DNA of 64,000 bases, taken from the NCBI GenBank assembly GCA_964016885.1, contig OZ024751.1:7006001-7070000 (forward strand), in the 5' to 3' direction. Source of the DNA: Eledone cirrhosa. Its lineage: Eukaryota. How positions within the stretch are numbered: the stretch's first letter is position 1; each line of letters opens with the position of its first letter. The notes below the pieces were generated by a model. It did not search any database. It had not been told where the DNA came from and worked only from the letters and a program-made list of their open reading frames with translations. The position numbers and the translations under genes were made by a program. Shown here piece by piece: positions 13,601 to 26,090 of the stretch.

Positions 13601-13872
13601 AAAACCTGGCATATCGAGCCACTTTTTTCCATATAAAACAAGTAACATTCAAAGACCAACCAGATATAAGAAAAACCAGAGACCCTCCATCTCAACTCTA
13701 CTTTTGAAAAGCAGAAGAACTGCGAAACCGTTAAAGGAATCAAATAAATATATAGATTAAAAAAAAAAAAAGATTACAGTTGCATTTCCGATTTCATCTT
13801 TTTTCATTATAATTTCACTCGTGTAGGACACCGGTTACGTTTCATTTTGTTAAAAAAAACCTAACTTTCTAA
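10627..13872 (-). mobile_element. Truncated PLE (Neptune-like) on the minus strand with an inverted plus-strand copy of its 3' region (13136-13872)
   Basis: RT fragment WKRYLDDCLILW..FTMEYSQDQFPFLDILI (12943-13140). Cys knuckle KCGRSNCGTC plus GIY-YIG remnant (12060-12570). Terminal region 10627-10950 is the reverse complement of ~13470-13808. TA runs on both flanks. Confidence 0.88.
13701..13736 (+). ncRNA. Minimal hammerhead ribozyme, U3-A8 core variant (more degenerate minus-strand copy at 10698-10734)
   Basis: ctt-TTGAAAA-gcag-aagaa-ctgc-GAAA-ccgt-TA-aag. Confidence 0.65.
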
Positions 13873-15024
13873 TATATATATATATATATATAATAAGGAA
13901 AAGCGAAGTAGTTTCAGATGTTCAAGTCCTTTAATAATGAGCGCTCTATGATGTTACCGATATGGTGGAGAAGAGAGGAACCAACCAAGAGCTACCCCGG
14001 AAATTCCTTCTACAATGGGGATGAAAACCCCTGACACTGGACGGGCATAATAGTAACTTTCAGCAGAATAAATAAGCGGAAACAAAAAATAAGATAAACC
14101 CCTATTTTCCTGCACCAAATCGCATTTGAACAGAAGCCCCCTCAATTCAATCTATACATGGACAGATGGACAATCATATGGATCATTTTGCATATATGTA
14201 CTCTGTGTTTTTGCATTTATTCACTATTGGTTCTGTTCTTTTCTTTTCTTTTGGGTACTTTATGTCTGTTTTTCTTTGATTTTGTTCCATGTGATTGAAA
14301 TTATGACTGTGTACCAGATTGACTAATGCCTTGAACCCTGTAGTTTGCCCTCCGTTATAATGTACGGCACTGTCGTTCAATGTGTGGATAGAGTAACTGT
14401 GACACTAGAATCCCTCTCAGAACTTATTACTTAAACATCTCTCTCCATATTATTTACTCACTTCAATCTATATTTTTACTCAATCCGAAATTATCACTTG
14501 AAAGATTTTTGAATTCCGAATTTTTTAATTTTTTAATTGTTTAATTTATAATCTCTGATATTTGATTCACGATCTTAATTTTTAATTTTTATTTCCAACT
14601 CTCACTCTTAACTTACAATGTAAATCCATGGTACCTAGAATTAAGTTTATTTTCCCTGATGAGTTGATGGTCAGTCTTGCTGTCAACGCTTAGTGAAAGG
14701 TAGTATTATGACCTATACAAACTAACACCCTCCCATCCTCTCTGGCTTTCGGCTGACTGCCACAGTCGTGATGGGTAGCAGTAAACTTTGGTAGGGCATA
14801 GGTGGGCCATTGGTTTGGCTGAGAGGGTGAACTGACAGCGAATTTCGTTGAAATCTGCGGTGGCTAATCGTCAACTTCCTTCGGACATGCGCTTGCGCAG
14901 ACCGGTGGGGGTGAATTTGTACTCACAAGGGAACGGATGAAAAATACAAAAGCACGAACTTCATCCGTTCCCATGTCGATTCAATTTGGAATGCCTCGCA
15001 AACATAACCTTATTATGTAACAAG

Positions 15025-15096
15025 CTGTTTGATGATGACACGACACTCGCACACAGAACAGTGTGGCCAGTGTCGTCATTGAAATATATATCACAG
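15025..15096 (+). ncRNA. Hammerhead ribozyme copy with C3->U substitution (likely impaired)
   Basis: ctgt-TTGATGA-tgacacgacact..agtgtcgtcatt-GAAA-tatata-TC-acag. Confidence 0.6.
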
Positions 15097-16332
15097 AATA
15101 TTATTAAAGGACTTGAACATCTGAAACTACTTCGCTTTTCTTTATTAGATATTTACTCCGTCACTCCTATGTGGAAAAAGTACGTTGAGTGCTTGAATTG
15201 AATTGCATCAATGTTTACCCTAATAATTTAGCTCCAATTAGTTGAGCGCTCTATGATGTAACCGATATGGTGGAGAAGAGAGGAACCAACCAAGAGCTAC
15301 CCCGGAAATTCCCTCTACCATGGGGATGAAAACCCCTGACATTGGACGGGTATAATAGTAACTTTCGGCAGAATAAATACGCGGAAACAAAAAATAAGAT
15401 AAACCCCTATTTTCCTGCACCAAATCGCATTTGAACAGAAGCCCCCTCAATTCAATCTATACATGGAGAGATGGACAATCATATGGATCATTTTGCATAT
15501 ATGTACTCTGTGTTTTTGCATTTATTCACTATTGGTTCTGTTCTTTTCTTTTCTTTTGTGTACTTTATGTCTGTTTTTCTTTGATTTTGTTCCATGTGAT
15601 TGAAATTATGACTGTGTACCAGATTGACTAATGCCTTGAACCCTGTAGTTTGCCCTCCGTTATAATGTACGGCACTGTCGTTCAATGTGTGGATAGAGTA
15701 ACTGTGACACTAGAATCCCTCTCATAACTTATTACTTAAACATCTCTCTCCATATTATTTACTCCCTTCAATCTATATTTTTACTCAATCCGAAATTATC
15801 ACTTGAAAAATTTTTGAATTTCGAATTTTTAAATTTTTTAATTGTTTAATTTATAATCTCTGATATTTGATTTAGGATTTTAATTTTTAATTTGTATTAC
15901 CAACTCTCACTCTTAACTTACAATGTAAAACCATGGTACCTAGAATTAAGTTTATTTTCCCTTATGAGTTGATGGTCAGTCTTGCTGTCAACGCTTAGTG
16001 AAAGGTAGTATTATGACCTATAAAAACTAACACCTTCCCATCCTCTCTGGCTTTCGGCTGACTGCCACAGTCGTGATGGGTAGCAGTAAACTTTGGTAGA
16101 GCATAGGTGGGCCGTTGTTTTGGCTGAGAGGGTGAACTGACAGCGAATTTCGTTGAAATCTGCGATGGCTAATGGTCATCCTCCTTCGGACATGCGCTTG
16201 CGCCGACCGGGGGGGGGGGGGAATTGGTACTCACAAGGGAACGGATGAAAAACCCAAAAGCACGAACTTCATCCGTTCCCATGTCGATTCAATTTGGAAT
16301 GTCTCGGAAACATAACCTTATTATGTAACAAG

Positions 16333-16404
16333 CTGTCTGATGATGACACGACACTCGCACACAGAACAGTGTGTCCAGTGTCGTCATTGAAATATATATC
16401 ACAG
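16333..16404 (+). ncRNA. Type I hammerhead ribozyme with long stem II
   Basis: ctgt-CTGATGA-tgacacgacactcgcacacagaacagtgtgtccagtgtcgtcatt-GAAA-tatata-TC-acag. Palindromic stem III, AUC triplet. Confidence 0.8.
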
Positions 16405-16528
16405 TATTATTATTAAAGGACTTGAACATCTGAAACTACTTCGCTTTTCCTTATTCGATATTTACTCCGTCATTCCTATGTGAAAAAAGTACATTGAGTG
16501 CTTGATGTGAATTGCATCAATGTTTACA

Positions 16529-16580
<52 letters not shown>

Positions 16581-16590
16581 ATTGTGTGTT

Positions 16591-16658
<68 letters not shown>

Positions 16659-16848
16659 TGTGTCGACAAATCTACAAAAATATACGTTAGTGTCCAATCC
16701 GTATGGAGAACTCAATATAATCCAAATATCATGGAAAGAGAAGATGCATTCAAAAATTTTCGATATAAATCATAGGAAAACAGAGTCAAGATAAAGTAAT
16801 AAAAACAATGAAATAAAAACAAACACAAGTTCCTTATATAAAAAAATT

Positions 16849-16982
16849 CATCATTTTACGATCGTTTCTAGGACTTATATGTGTGTTGGTATGTATATCA
16901 TATAGATCTATGTAAAAATATTACAAATTATCAGGGGAAATATACATAACTTCACATACACATGCTGTCTTCAGAAATGATG
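16849..16982 (-). ncRNA. Type I hammerhead ribozyme with very long stem II (minus copy)
   Basis: Reverse-complement counterpart of 20828-20945, with a slightly longer stem II insert. Confidence 0.75.
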
Positions 16983-19900
16983 AGATGTGTTTATTGAAAA
17001 AACAAACAAAGATTTAATATAAAAAGTCTGTTTGGGAACAGGTTTTGAATTGACCAATAGAAAAGTAGTTAGAGATCAAGTTGAAAGAATAGTGGTAGTA
17101 GAAATTTAATTTAGGGGTAGAGGAGTACAGACTTATGTTTTGAATGAAAACAATACTTTGAATGAAAAGATTACTTTGGGGATGAAAAGATGTCAAGCCA
17201 GTGAAGGGTACACGAAAATTTGATGTTATTAAAGAATAATGTTAAAAATGAAGGAAAATAAAATGTTAGGGTAAGGGTTTTAGTGAGAAATACCAATCTT
17301 TAAACCACAAGGAATCTAAATCTATAACAAAAAATTGAATTAATTGATAGGTATACTTATAGGGATACATTTATATTAATTCATATTAATGTGATAAATA
17401 AGAATTAGATGTTATTAAAGAGTGTTGTTAAAAATGAAGGGTAGTAGTGAGAAAGGCCAATCTTATATAAACTACAAGGTATCTAGATTCATAACTGGAA
17501 ATTGAATTAATTTATAGGTATACTTTTAGGTATTAAATTTAGGAAAAGAGAGCTCTAAGAGGGAAATAAAATTATGAAGTTCTCTGTAGTAAAGTACTAA
17601 ATTACTAGGTTAACTAAATTATAAAAGACTAATTATAATGATATGTAAAATATAAGAGTAACGTGTATATTAATTAGGTTTATAATATTTGAAGGTTCTT
17701 CTATTTCTATGATTGCAAGATATAATTAATTCCTGTCGCTTATTTAATAGGATATCCTTAGATTTCATGATTTCAAAATGTTCCTGGGAGCATAACCTAC
17801 ACTCGTATCTGTTATTTTGATAAGGGGTGGCCCTTTTGAGCACACTCCAGGTCAGGTTGTAATCAATATTCTGCTTTCTATAATTATTAATTGTTTCAGT
17901 TAAGTATAATGATTAGCTAATGCGGCATTTTTACAACTATGTTTGTGGGTATTAAATCTTACATTAAATTGGTTAGACGTAGCTCCTATATATGAATAAG
18001 TGGAGTCCTTAGTGTTAATTTTACATTTATAGACTATGTTATTAATAAGACAATTTCCCTTTAATGGGCAATTTCTTTTGATTCTACAGTTACAACCATT
18101 CGTGAATATTATATCAAGGGAGATAGTCAAATTTGGTGTGGAATTTACTCGACTTGTTATAGGTGAAGTACATGGTGGTTTGTTGCGGTTTATTTTAGTA
18201 TTATCGTTGGTTTGATGTGTTGTTGGTTTATTTGTGTTTTGTTAACATGTATATGCGTTATACGCACTTATATTTTGTTGTATATTTTTGGTAGTGTAGT
18301 AGGAAAATTTGACAGTTGATCTATTTAAAATTTGATGGTATTTATGGTTTGGTGGGAAGTTTTTCTCTAGGATAGTATGACATTTTTTAGGGATATTATC
18401 TTTAATTTGTAGATTAAATCGAGCATTATACCAAGTAACCCGTCTATTACGGTTTCGATATTGTTTTTTATATTTTATTATATATAGTTAGATTAAATGA
18501 TTTAGGTGTTTTAGTCTGATTACTAGGAATTTTGTTAGTAGTGTTGTTAACATGAATTGGAGCATTAGGATGAATGTTTTTTTGAAAGTCATTATATTTT
18601 ATGTGAGAAGAGTTAGAGAAATTAAGTTTTAGGTTGGTATTTTTAGGTGTAGTATGAGTGGCATTTAGGTGTGGGTTTTTCATTTGGTGTTTATTGCTAA
18701 TATTCGATTGTATGTTTGAAGTATTATTGGTGCAAGGTATATAGACTAATTTGTTTTTGTGGCCGCTTCTAGCTAAAGTTTCGTTATAAAAGGGCGCGTT
18801 TTTATTGAATACATCCTTGTTAGATGAAAGGTTAGAGATTCTGAGTGAGATATGATATGCTAGGTTTTTAAGGATAGATCTAGGGTGCTTGGATTGTGAG
18901 TGTATGTAATGTAAGTTTTGGTTAGGTTTATGGTAAGGTTGGTATATACCCGTAGATAGGTCTAAAGTTATATTTAGGAAATTGACTATTTTACTGGTGT
19001 TTTCAAATGTAATAGTGAGATTGTAATAGTCTTTGAGAAAAGTTCTAAGTTTTTTATTTTTTCAATTTCTGATAGGCTAAGGTTAGTGGAAAGAAGAAGA
19101 CAGTCATCACGATATAAACCACCTTTAAGGTGGAGAAAAGATGAATTAATGTTAAATATAAGAAAGAGGCCCACTAGAGCCCATAGTAATGTCGAAGAGA
19201 TTACTATATGTATTTCTGGTCCAGTATTCCTTCTGAAACTCCAGTAGTGTTTGTCTAGCGTGCGTGATAATATTAATGTCATCCATAGTTAAGTTTGATT
19301 TATTTTTGGCAAATATCAAGGCTTTGTTCAGGAGTATGGGTGATATAGAGGAATAATACGCATCTATATCAAATTGTAGAAATGAAGCAGATGATTTATT
19401 TCTAATATTAGTAAACCAGTTAATTACTTGGGATGTCTTTTCCCAGAGTGGTAAGTTAACGTGTTTTCTTAATTGTGGGATGATTCTATCTAAAACAAAT
19501 TACCAATGATGCCAATATCTGACTTGGAAGGGCATATAGAAGGATTAGAGTTAAAGTTAGTTTTGTGATCTTTCAGGTTAAAGTGTGGTTTTTTTCAGTG
19601 CCAAAGGTTCCGTTCTGTCTTCAATAGTGAGTTTATTTACTATGTTCCATGTTTTGTTGTTGATATTGGTAAGAGCCACATTATTTGTTTTTTTAAAATA
19701 ATTTTTCCTGAGTTCTTTATAAATGAACTCATTGTAATTATCACTATCCATGTGATATAGATTTCCAGTTTTGTCTGATTGGACGTGGACTTTGCTAGAT
19801 TGTTTTAGATCCAATAGGGAAATAGTCAAGATCCTTTTGAAAATTAAATTCATATTTCGTAAATCTGAGGTGTTTGATTAAGTTAAATAGGTCTTTCTCG

Positions 19901-20827
19901 AACTTTTCAAGCAATGAGTTGTGTAGTGGGTTCTTATATGTGGTGAAATCATATAAATATTTATTATCATTAGAGTGTGCTCAAAAGGGCCACTCATTAT
20001 CAAAATAACAGATATGAGTGTAGGTATGCTCCCAGGAACTTTTTGAAATAATGAAATCTAAGGATATCCTATTAAATAGCGACAGGAATTAATTATATCT
20101 TACAATCATAGAATTAGAAGAACCTTCAAATATTATAAATCTAATTAATATACACTTTACTCTTATATTTTACATATTATTATAAATATTTTTTTAATTT
20201 ACTTAACCTATAATTAGTACAGAGAACTTCATAATTTTATTTCCCTCTTACAGCTCTCTTTTCCTAAATTTAATACCTAAAAGTATACCTATAAATTAAT
20301 TCAATTTCCTGTTATAAATCTAGATACCTTGTAGTTTATATAAGATTGGCATTTCTCACTACTACCCTTCATTTTTAACAACACTCTTTAATAACATCTA
20401 ATTCTTATTTATCACATTAATATGAATTAATATAAATGTATCCCTATAAGTATACCTATCAATTAATTCAATTTGTTGTTATAGATCTAGATTCCTTGTG
20501 GTCTAAAGAAGATTGGTATTTCTCACTAAAACCCTTACCCTAACATTTTATTTTCCTTCATTTTTAACATTATTCTTTAATAACATCAAATTTTCGTGTA
20601 CCCCTCACTGGCATGACTTCTTTTCATCCCCAAAGTAATCTTTTCATTCAAAGTATTGTTTTCATTCAAAACATAAGTCTGCACTCCTCTACCCCTAAAT
20701 TAAATTTCTACTACCACTATTCTATCAACTTGACAGCTAACTACTTTTCTACTGGTCAATTCAAAACCTGTTCCCAAACAGACCTTTTATATTAAATCTT
20801 TGTTGTTTTTTTTCAATAAACACATCT

Positions 20828-20945
20828 CATCATTTCTGAAGACAGCATGTATATGTGAAGGTATGTATATTTCCTCTGATAATTTGTAATATTAGATATA
20901 CATACCAACACACATATACATCCTAGAAACGATCGTAAAATGATG
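20828..20945 (+). ncRNA. Type I hammerhead ribozyme with ~80 nt stem II
   Basis: catcattt-CTGAAGA-c-ag-c-atgtatatgtg..ggtatg...catacc..cacatatacat-c-ct-a-GAAA-cgatcg-TA-aaatgatg: 8 bp stem I, palindromic stem III ACGATCGT, GUA. Confidence 0.85.
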
Positions 20946-21000
20946 AATTTTTTAATGTAAGGAACATGTTCTTTGTTTTTATTTCATTGTTTTTATGAAG

Positions 21001-21051
<51 letters not shown>

Positions 21052-21094
21052 AGGATATTAAATAAATGGAAACTATATTTATAAAACCAATTTT

Positions 21095-21156
21095 ATTTTA
21101 TTATATATTTTTCAAGGGTACCAAGATAACATTGGTACGCTTTCATCAGATAAAAT
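21095..21156 (-). ncRNA. Type I hammerhead ribozyme
   Basis: ttttat-CTGATGA-aag-c-gtaccaa-tgttatc-ttggtac-c-ctt-GAAA-aatata-TA-ataaaa. Confidence 0.72.
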
Positions 21157-21534
21157 ACAAAGTTTGTTTTATAAATAGAAACATACCCATGAAAATCATA
21201 CCTTATCGGTTGGAAATTCACTGGATAGTGGAAGTATATTAGGGATTATTCAAACTTATGTGTGAAAATGCAAATGAATATATAAATAATTGAAAAATAA
21301 CCGTTTATTTAAATGACACTGGAGAAAGAGAGAGTGAAGATATAAGGGTAGAAAGATAAAACATAGTAAGAGAGAGAGAGAGAGGAGAAAATAACCCGAC
21401 ATGATGAATAAAACTCATATAACGTTAGTTTGGGGGAAATATATTCTAAGTATGTATCTTAATAGTACGTATATTAACGATTATTAGTTGTTTAAAATGT
21501 GTTTATATAATTGTGTTTAAAATGTGTTTATATA

Positions 21535-21630
21535 ATTGTTTCTACTTTTGGCACAAGGCCAGCAATTACTCAGTGTATTACTGGTACTTTATTTTATTGA
21601 CCCCGTAAGGATGAAACGCAAAGTTGAATT
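21535..21630 (-). mobile_element. Meta-type SINE 3' fragment
   Basis: ttgtttctacttttggcacaaggccagcaattac..tactggtactttattttattgaccccgtaaggatgaaa. Confidence 0.75.
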
Positions 21631-21664
21631 TGTTTATAATATAATATTTTCTGTTATAAGTAGA

Positions 21665-21703
<39 letters not shown>

Positions 21704-22279
21704 ATAGATAAATAAATAGATGGGTATATCATGTTATAGATAATTGTTTTAATGAGTTATGAGGGATATTGGTTTTGTATTTAATGTAGGTTAAATTTAA
21801 TGTAAATTAAGTGAAATTAAATTCAATTTACTGAGTTAATAAGAATATTTATATTTATATATTTTAAAATGGGAAGATACGGAAAAAACTCCAGTTTAAT
21901 TTATTTATTCGTTAGTATTAGACTATTTAGTCAAAATAAGTATAAATGTTGAAAGGTATATTTAGCCAGAATGAGTTAGTGGTTAGAAATCTAATAAAAA
22001 ATATTAAAAAAATATTAAAATTTTGACAACATTTAAAAAAAAAATACTTTATAGGAGATAAGTAATTTTTAAAAGAAATAAAAATTAAAGAAATACAAAT
22101 AAAGAATTGAAAATTATTAAGATTAAAATTAAAATTGAAATTAAAATTAAAATTAAAATTAAAATTAAAATTAAAATAAAAAAAAATTAGAATTATATAT
22201 GTATATATTTTATGAAACATTAAGAAGTGGAATTATAGCAAATGTTATAGATATTATTATTTAGAGATATCAATGGATT

Positions 22280-22466
22280 GGCGGTGGATTGGCAGTATCG
22301 ATAGAGGGTCGGACGCCATGCTTTCCAGCATAGTTACGTCCCTTTACGATCTGAGTTCAAATCCCGCCAAGGTTGACTTTGCCTTTCATCCTTACGGGGT
22401 CGATAATATAAAGTACCAGTAATGCACTGGGTAATTGCTGGCCTTGTGCCTAAAGTAGAAACAATT
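22280..22466 (+). mobile_element. Meta-type tRNA-derived SINE
   Basis: ggcggtggattggcagtatcgatagagggtcggacgcc..gagttcaaatcccgccaaggttgactttgcctttcatccttacggggtcgataatataaagtaccag..ggccttgtgcctaaagtagaaacaat. Confidence 0.85.
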
Positions 22467-22847
22467 ATTTAAAGATATCAATATATTAAAATCAAGTGGA
22501 TAAGATTGTCATGGAAATTAGTAGAAATATTATAAGTATAATTATAATTTATATATATGTGCTGTAAATCAGTTATAAACATTTATATTCGTCTGACTTC
22601 CAAACAAATTAAATACCTCTTATACTTATATATATATATATAAGGGCGGGTAAAATTCCCGAGATCCATGGACGCGTTCTCTCCAGCGGTCTCTGTCCCT
22701 CATCATCGCTGCCATGTACAACCTCACCATCTACAACCATTTGACACACATCCCTGCTAACCATTATCACAACATCGAACACCTTACTACTACTACTACA
22801 CACACACACACACACACACACATATTTGTTGTGAAAGAGTCATTTCT

Positions 22848-23351
22848 CAGTCTTGGCGCAAAATCAATTTTTTATTCACATGACCTCTACCGACCAATCA
22901 AAATTGTTTTGACCACAAGAATTTTTGCAAACACCAAGTAGCGCTGGAGCCACTTTTTTAACATAAAAACAGTCTTGGCGCAAAATCAATTTTTTACATT
23001 CACATGACCTCTACCGACCAATCAGAATTATTTTGACCACAAGAATTTTTGCAACACCAAAGTAGCGCTGGAGCCACTTTGTTAACATAAAAACAGGTAG
23101 AATTCCCAAAACTAATAAGATCAGAGCAAACATCACGGACACTCTATCTCAAAATTATTTTTGAAAAGTATTTAGAAATGCGCAACCGGTAAAAAACTTA
23201 AAAACTTAAAACCACAACTGAATACTAACCCATACAATTACTAATAGTCTTTTATTCCTAATGAAACCATTTTCAACTGTGAACAATTTGTCAGCATTTT
23301 CTATTCCGTTTACCAATATATAATAACTTGTGTGTTACACCTCTATTCTTT

Positions 23352-23355
<4 letters not shown>
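22848..23355 (+). mobile_element. PLE pLTR fragment with a ~121 bp tandem duplication of its promoter-like block and a degenerate U3-A8 HHR (23158-23194)
   Basis: Duplicated cagtcttggcgcaaaatc..ccaatc..ggagccacttt..cataaaaacag, then ttt-TTGAAAA-gtattt-ag-aaatgc-GCAA-ccgg-TA-aaa; ends at (TA)n. Confidence 0.65.
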
Positions 23356-23430
<75 letters not shown>

Positions 23431-23501
23431 TATATGTATACAAAATATATATATATATGTCTGTATATATATATAATATCTATATAAATTATATATATAT
23501 A

Positions 23502-23586
<85 letters not shown>

Positions 23587-23999
23587 GTGTGTGTGTGTGT
23601 GGATATATGTGTGTGTGTAACGTATTTATATGATAGAAGTGACATCTCTGTCTGCTATTTTACATTGACATATTAATTCGTATTATAATAGTCAATATAT
23701 TATCTATTTAAATCTGTTTGTGCCTGCAGAATGTTACGTTGTATACGATATTACTTTTCAACATAATATAACAGCACAAATATAATGTAAACAACCCTAG
23801 TTGTTTGGCATATGTTGATATAACCTTATTTACTGGCCTCATCAATCTATTTGATATTTCAGAAACAGCTTTCCGGAGCAATGCTATCCGTAGGTAATCA
23901 TTTAGCATGCTCTAAGGTGAATTCTTAATCTGTTCAAAGCACAAGCAAACGGTTCTTCGGATTAATCATCGTCAACGCAATCAGTTATTGTATGTATAT

Positions 24000-24074
<75 letters not shown>

Positions 24075-24262
24075 GGTTTGTTGGTTCACCTCTGGATAGA
24101 AATGGTCATTCCATATGGTCAACCTCGATGTAATATTATGGAGAGCACTCGACGTAATGCAACTCACCCGGCTTCGTTTGTGTTGTTGGTGGTGCGAGTA
24201 TGGAGTTAATTATTATAAAATAACAGGAGGCTGCACTGGTGTAATTCCTTAAAAGGTTTATT

Positions 24263-24320
24263 ATACTATGATCATTTCTGTGACCGAGTTCAGTATGAAT
24301 CCGGTGAAATCATCAGGTTT
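24263..24320 (-). ncRNA. Type I hammerhead ribozyme in a ~470 bp TA-flanked insert (24072-24538)
   Basis: aaac-CTGATGA-tttcaccggattcatactgaactcggtcaca-GAAA-tgatca-TA-gtat. Palindromic stem III ATGATCAT; weak stem I. Confidence 0.68.
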
Positions 24321-24792
24321 TCGAAATTTAACAAAGGAATATAATAGTCAAAATCCATGGGGTTGAAAACCAGAGACAGGAGGGAGGCCGAATATTTAGC
24401 AGCTACTAGCCCGGTCAGACACTCTCAAGTGATGATTATTAAGTTTTCTCATGGCATTCTGGTTATAGTGTACTAATACCACCCCGTCATAGACAGAGTC
24501 CAGTGGTGAGATCAGGTTACATTCAAGCTGGTCAGAAGTATATATATATATAAATGAAAACTTAGTCAAACCACACACACACACAAATATATATATACGC
24601 ACATACACGGTATGTGCAAACTTACAATGTGTTTGTGATACTAACTGTAAAATATACGAGAATATAATATACGCAGTATAAATATTGTCAGGTGGAGGCG
24701 TCAAACGACAGGTAAACGACGCAAAATCGATCACATATAATTAGGAACACACAACTACGTACACTATATATATACATGTACATACAATATAT

Positions 24793-24895
<103 letters not shown>

Positions 24896-24972
24896 CGTAT
24901 TTGCATATCTATATTTAATTATATATAAGCAAATTTGTTTCAATACATGGATATCATCACGCATGTACACAC

Positions 24973-25064
<92 letters not shown>

Positions 25065-25397
25065 ACACACACGGGCGCGTGTGTGTGTGTGTTTACAGTA
25101 TATAAATTGTAAATAAGAACATTTGAACAAGCTATTATCCATCTAATTTCAGCGTTCCCTCTTTGGGGCGTGTTCTTTATGAAATACAACACGCAATATC
25201 AATAGTTAGTGACACTACGATGGTTTATTAACATAGACGATGGCCCAGAGGATATCTGCCGTATTATTGTGATTTTCCTGATAATATATTACGGAAAAGT
25301 ATGTTAAAGTTTGATCTGCACCAGCAATTATCTATGCAGATGATAAGTCAATCGTGTAAAATTATCCCAAGCATATGTATCTCCCTCTTCTATCTCT

Positions 25398-25435
<38 letters not shown>

Positions 25436-25600
25436 TGCTACTCTAAAAACATAAATAAATAAAAATAAACTATAGCTTTGTAGAATTAGCTTTTAATGAA
25501 TTCCCTTTTCTATCAACCAATGACCTGCACCCATCCCACTCCCCACCCTCCCCTACCACTTGTAGAGACCTATAAATACCATATTTATTTTTTGATACCC

Positions 25601-25651
25601 AGATTCCTGATGATTTCTAATGAATGAAACAGTTCTAGTCCTGTAGAATCT
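25601..25651 (+). ncRNA. Type I hammerhead ribozyme in a ~300 bp TA-flanked pLTR fragment (25434-25735)
   Basis: agattc-CTGATGA-t-ttc-taat-gaa-t-GAAA-cag-ttctagtc-ctg-TA-gaatct. Preceded by CCAAT (~25517) and TATAAATA (25571-25578). Confidence 0.85.
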
Positions 25652-25733
25652 CATCTATATTAAAACTTTTATACTCTGCTATGTATTGAGTACCTTACTT
25701 ACTGTGGTTACCTCCGATTCAACCCGGAATAAC

Positions 25734-25819
<86 letters not shown>

Positions 25820-25987
25820 ATTTACATAAACATAAAGTCATAAATATATATGTTATGTGTCGGAAATTTCTTCATAGGAGCCATTATTCTTATAGCTTGG
25901 TCTAATTGATTTTTTATATAGTTAATTATGCTAATTGGGAGAGGAAATGGTATATATTTTATCTAATAATTCTAAAGACATGATTTA

Positions 25988-26079
<92 letters not shown>

Positions 26080-26090
26080 AATATATATAT

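Larger units (their letters stand above)
13892..16530 (+). mobile_element. Non-coding HHR-bearing element: 2 x 1305 bp tandem with a short inverted 5' piece (retrozyme-like / non-autonomous PLE)
   Basis: Units start at 13938 and 15243. 13892-13937 is the reverse complement of the post-HHR segment (ttattaaaggacttgaacatctgaaactacttcgcttttccttatt). (TA)n on both sides; no meaningful ORF. Confidence 0.85.
16795..20998 (-). mobile_element. Degraded Hydra-like PLE (minus, 16795-19973) plus an inverted plus-strand duplicate of its last ~1 kb (19974-20998)
   Basis: ORF remnants QSDKTGNLY, GGLYRDD and CNCRIKRNCPLKGNCLINNIVY..YIGAT..RFNTH. 19974-20995 is the reverse complement of 16800-17846. Ends in (TA)n at ~21002. 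Confidence 0.9.
21050..22610 (-). mobile_element. AT-rich PLE 3' region(s) with HHR, interrupted by two SINEs
   Basis: HHR at 21095-21156. 22180-22255 matches the reverse complement of the Hydra-like 3' UTR at ~40790-40865. Terminus abuts (TA)n at 21049. Confidence 0.6.

Noticed and set aside
14652-14720. CTGATGA-gttga..tcaac-gcttagt-GAAA-ggt..acc-TA as a second HHR in the 1305 bp unit
   Set aside because: Seven extra nt before GAAA, no stem I pairing, and the second copy reads CTTATGA. Possibly a relic, but unsupported.
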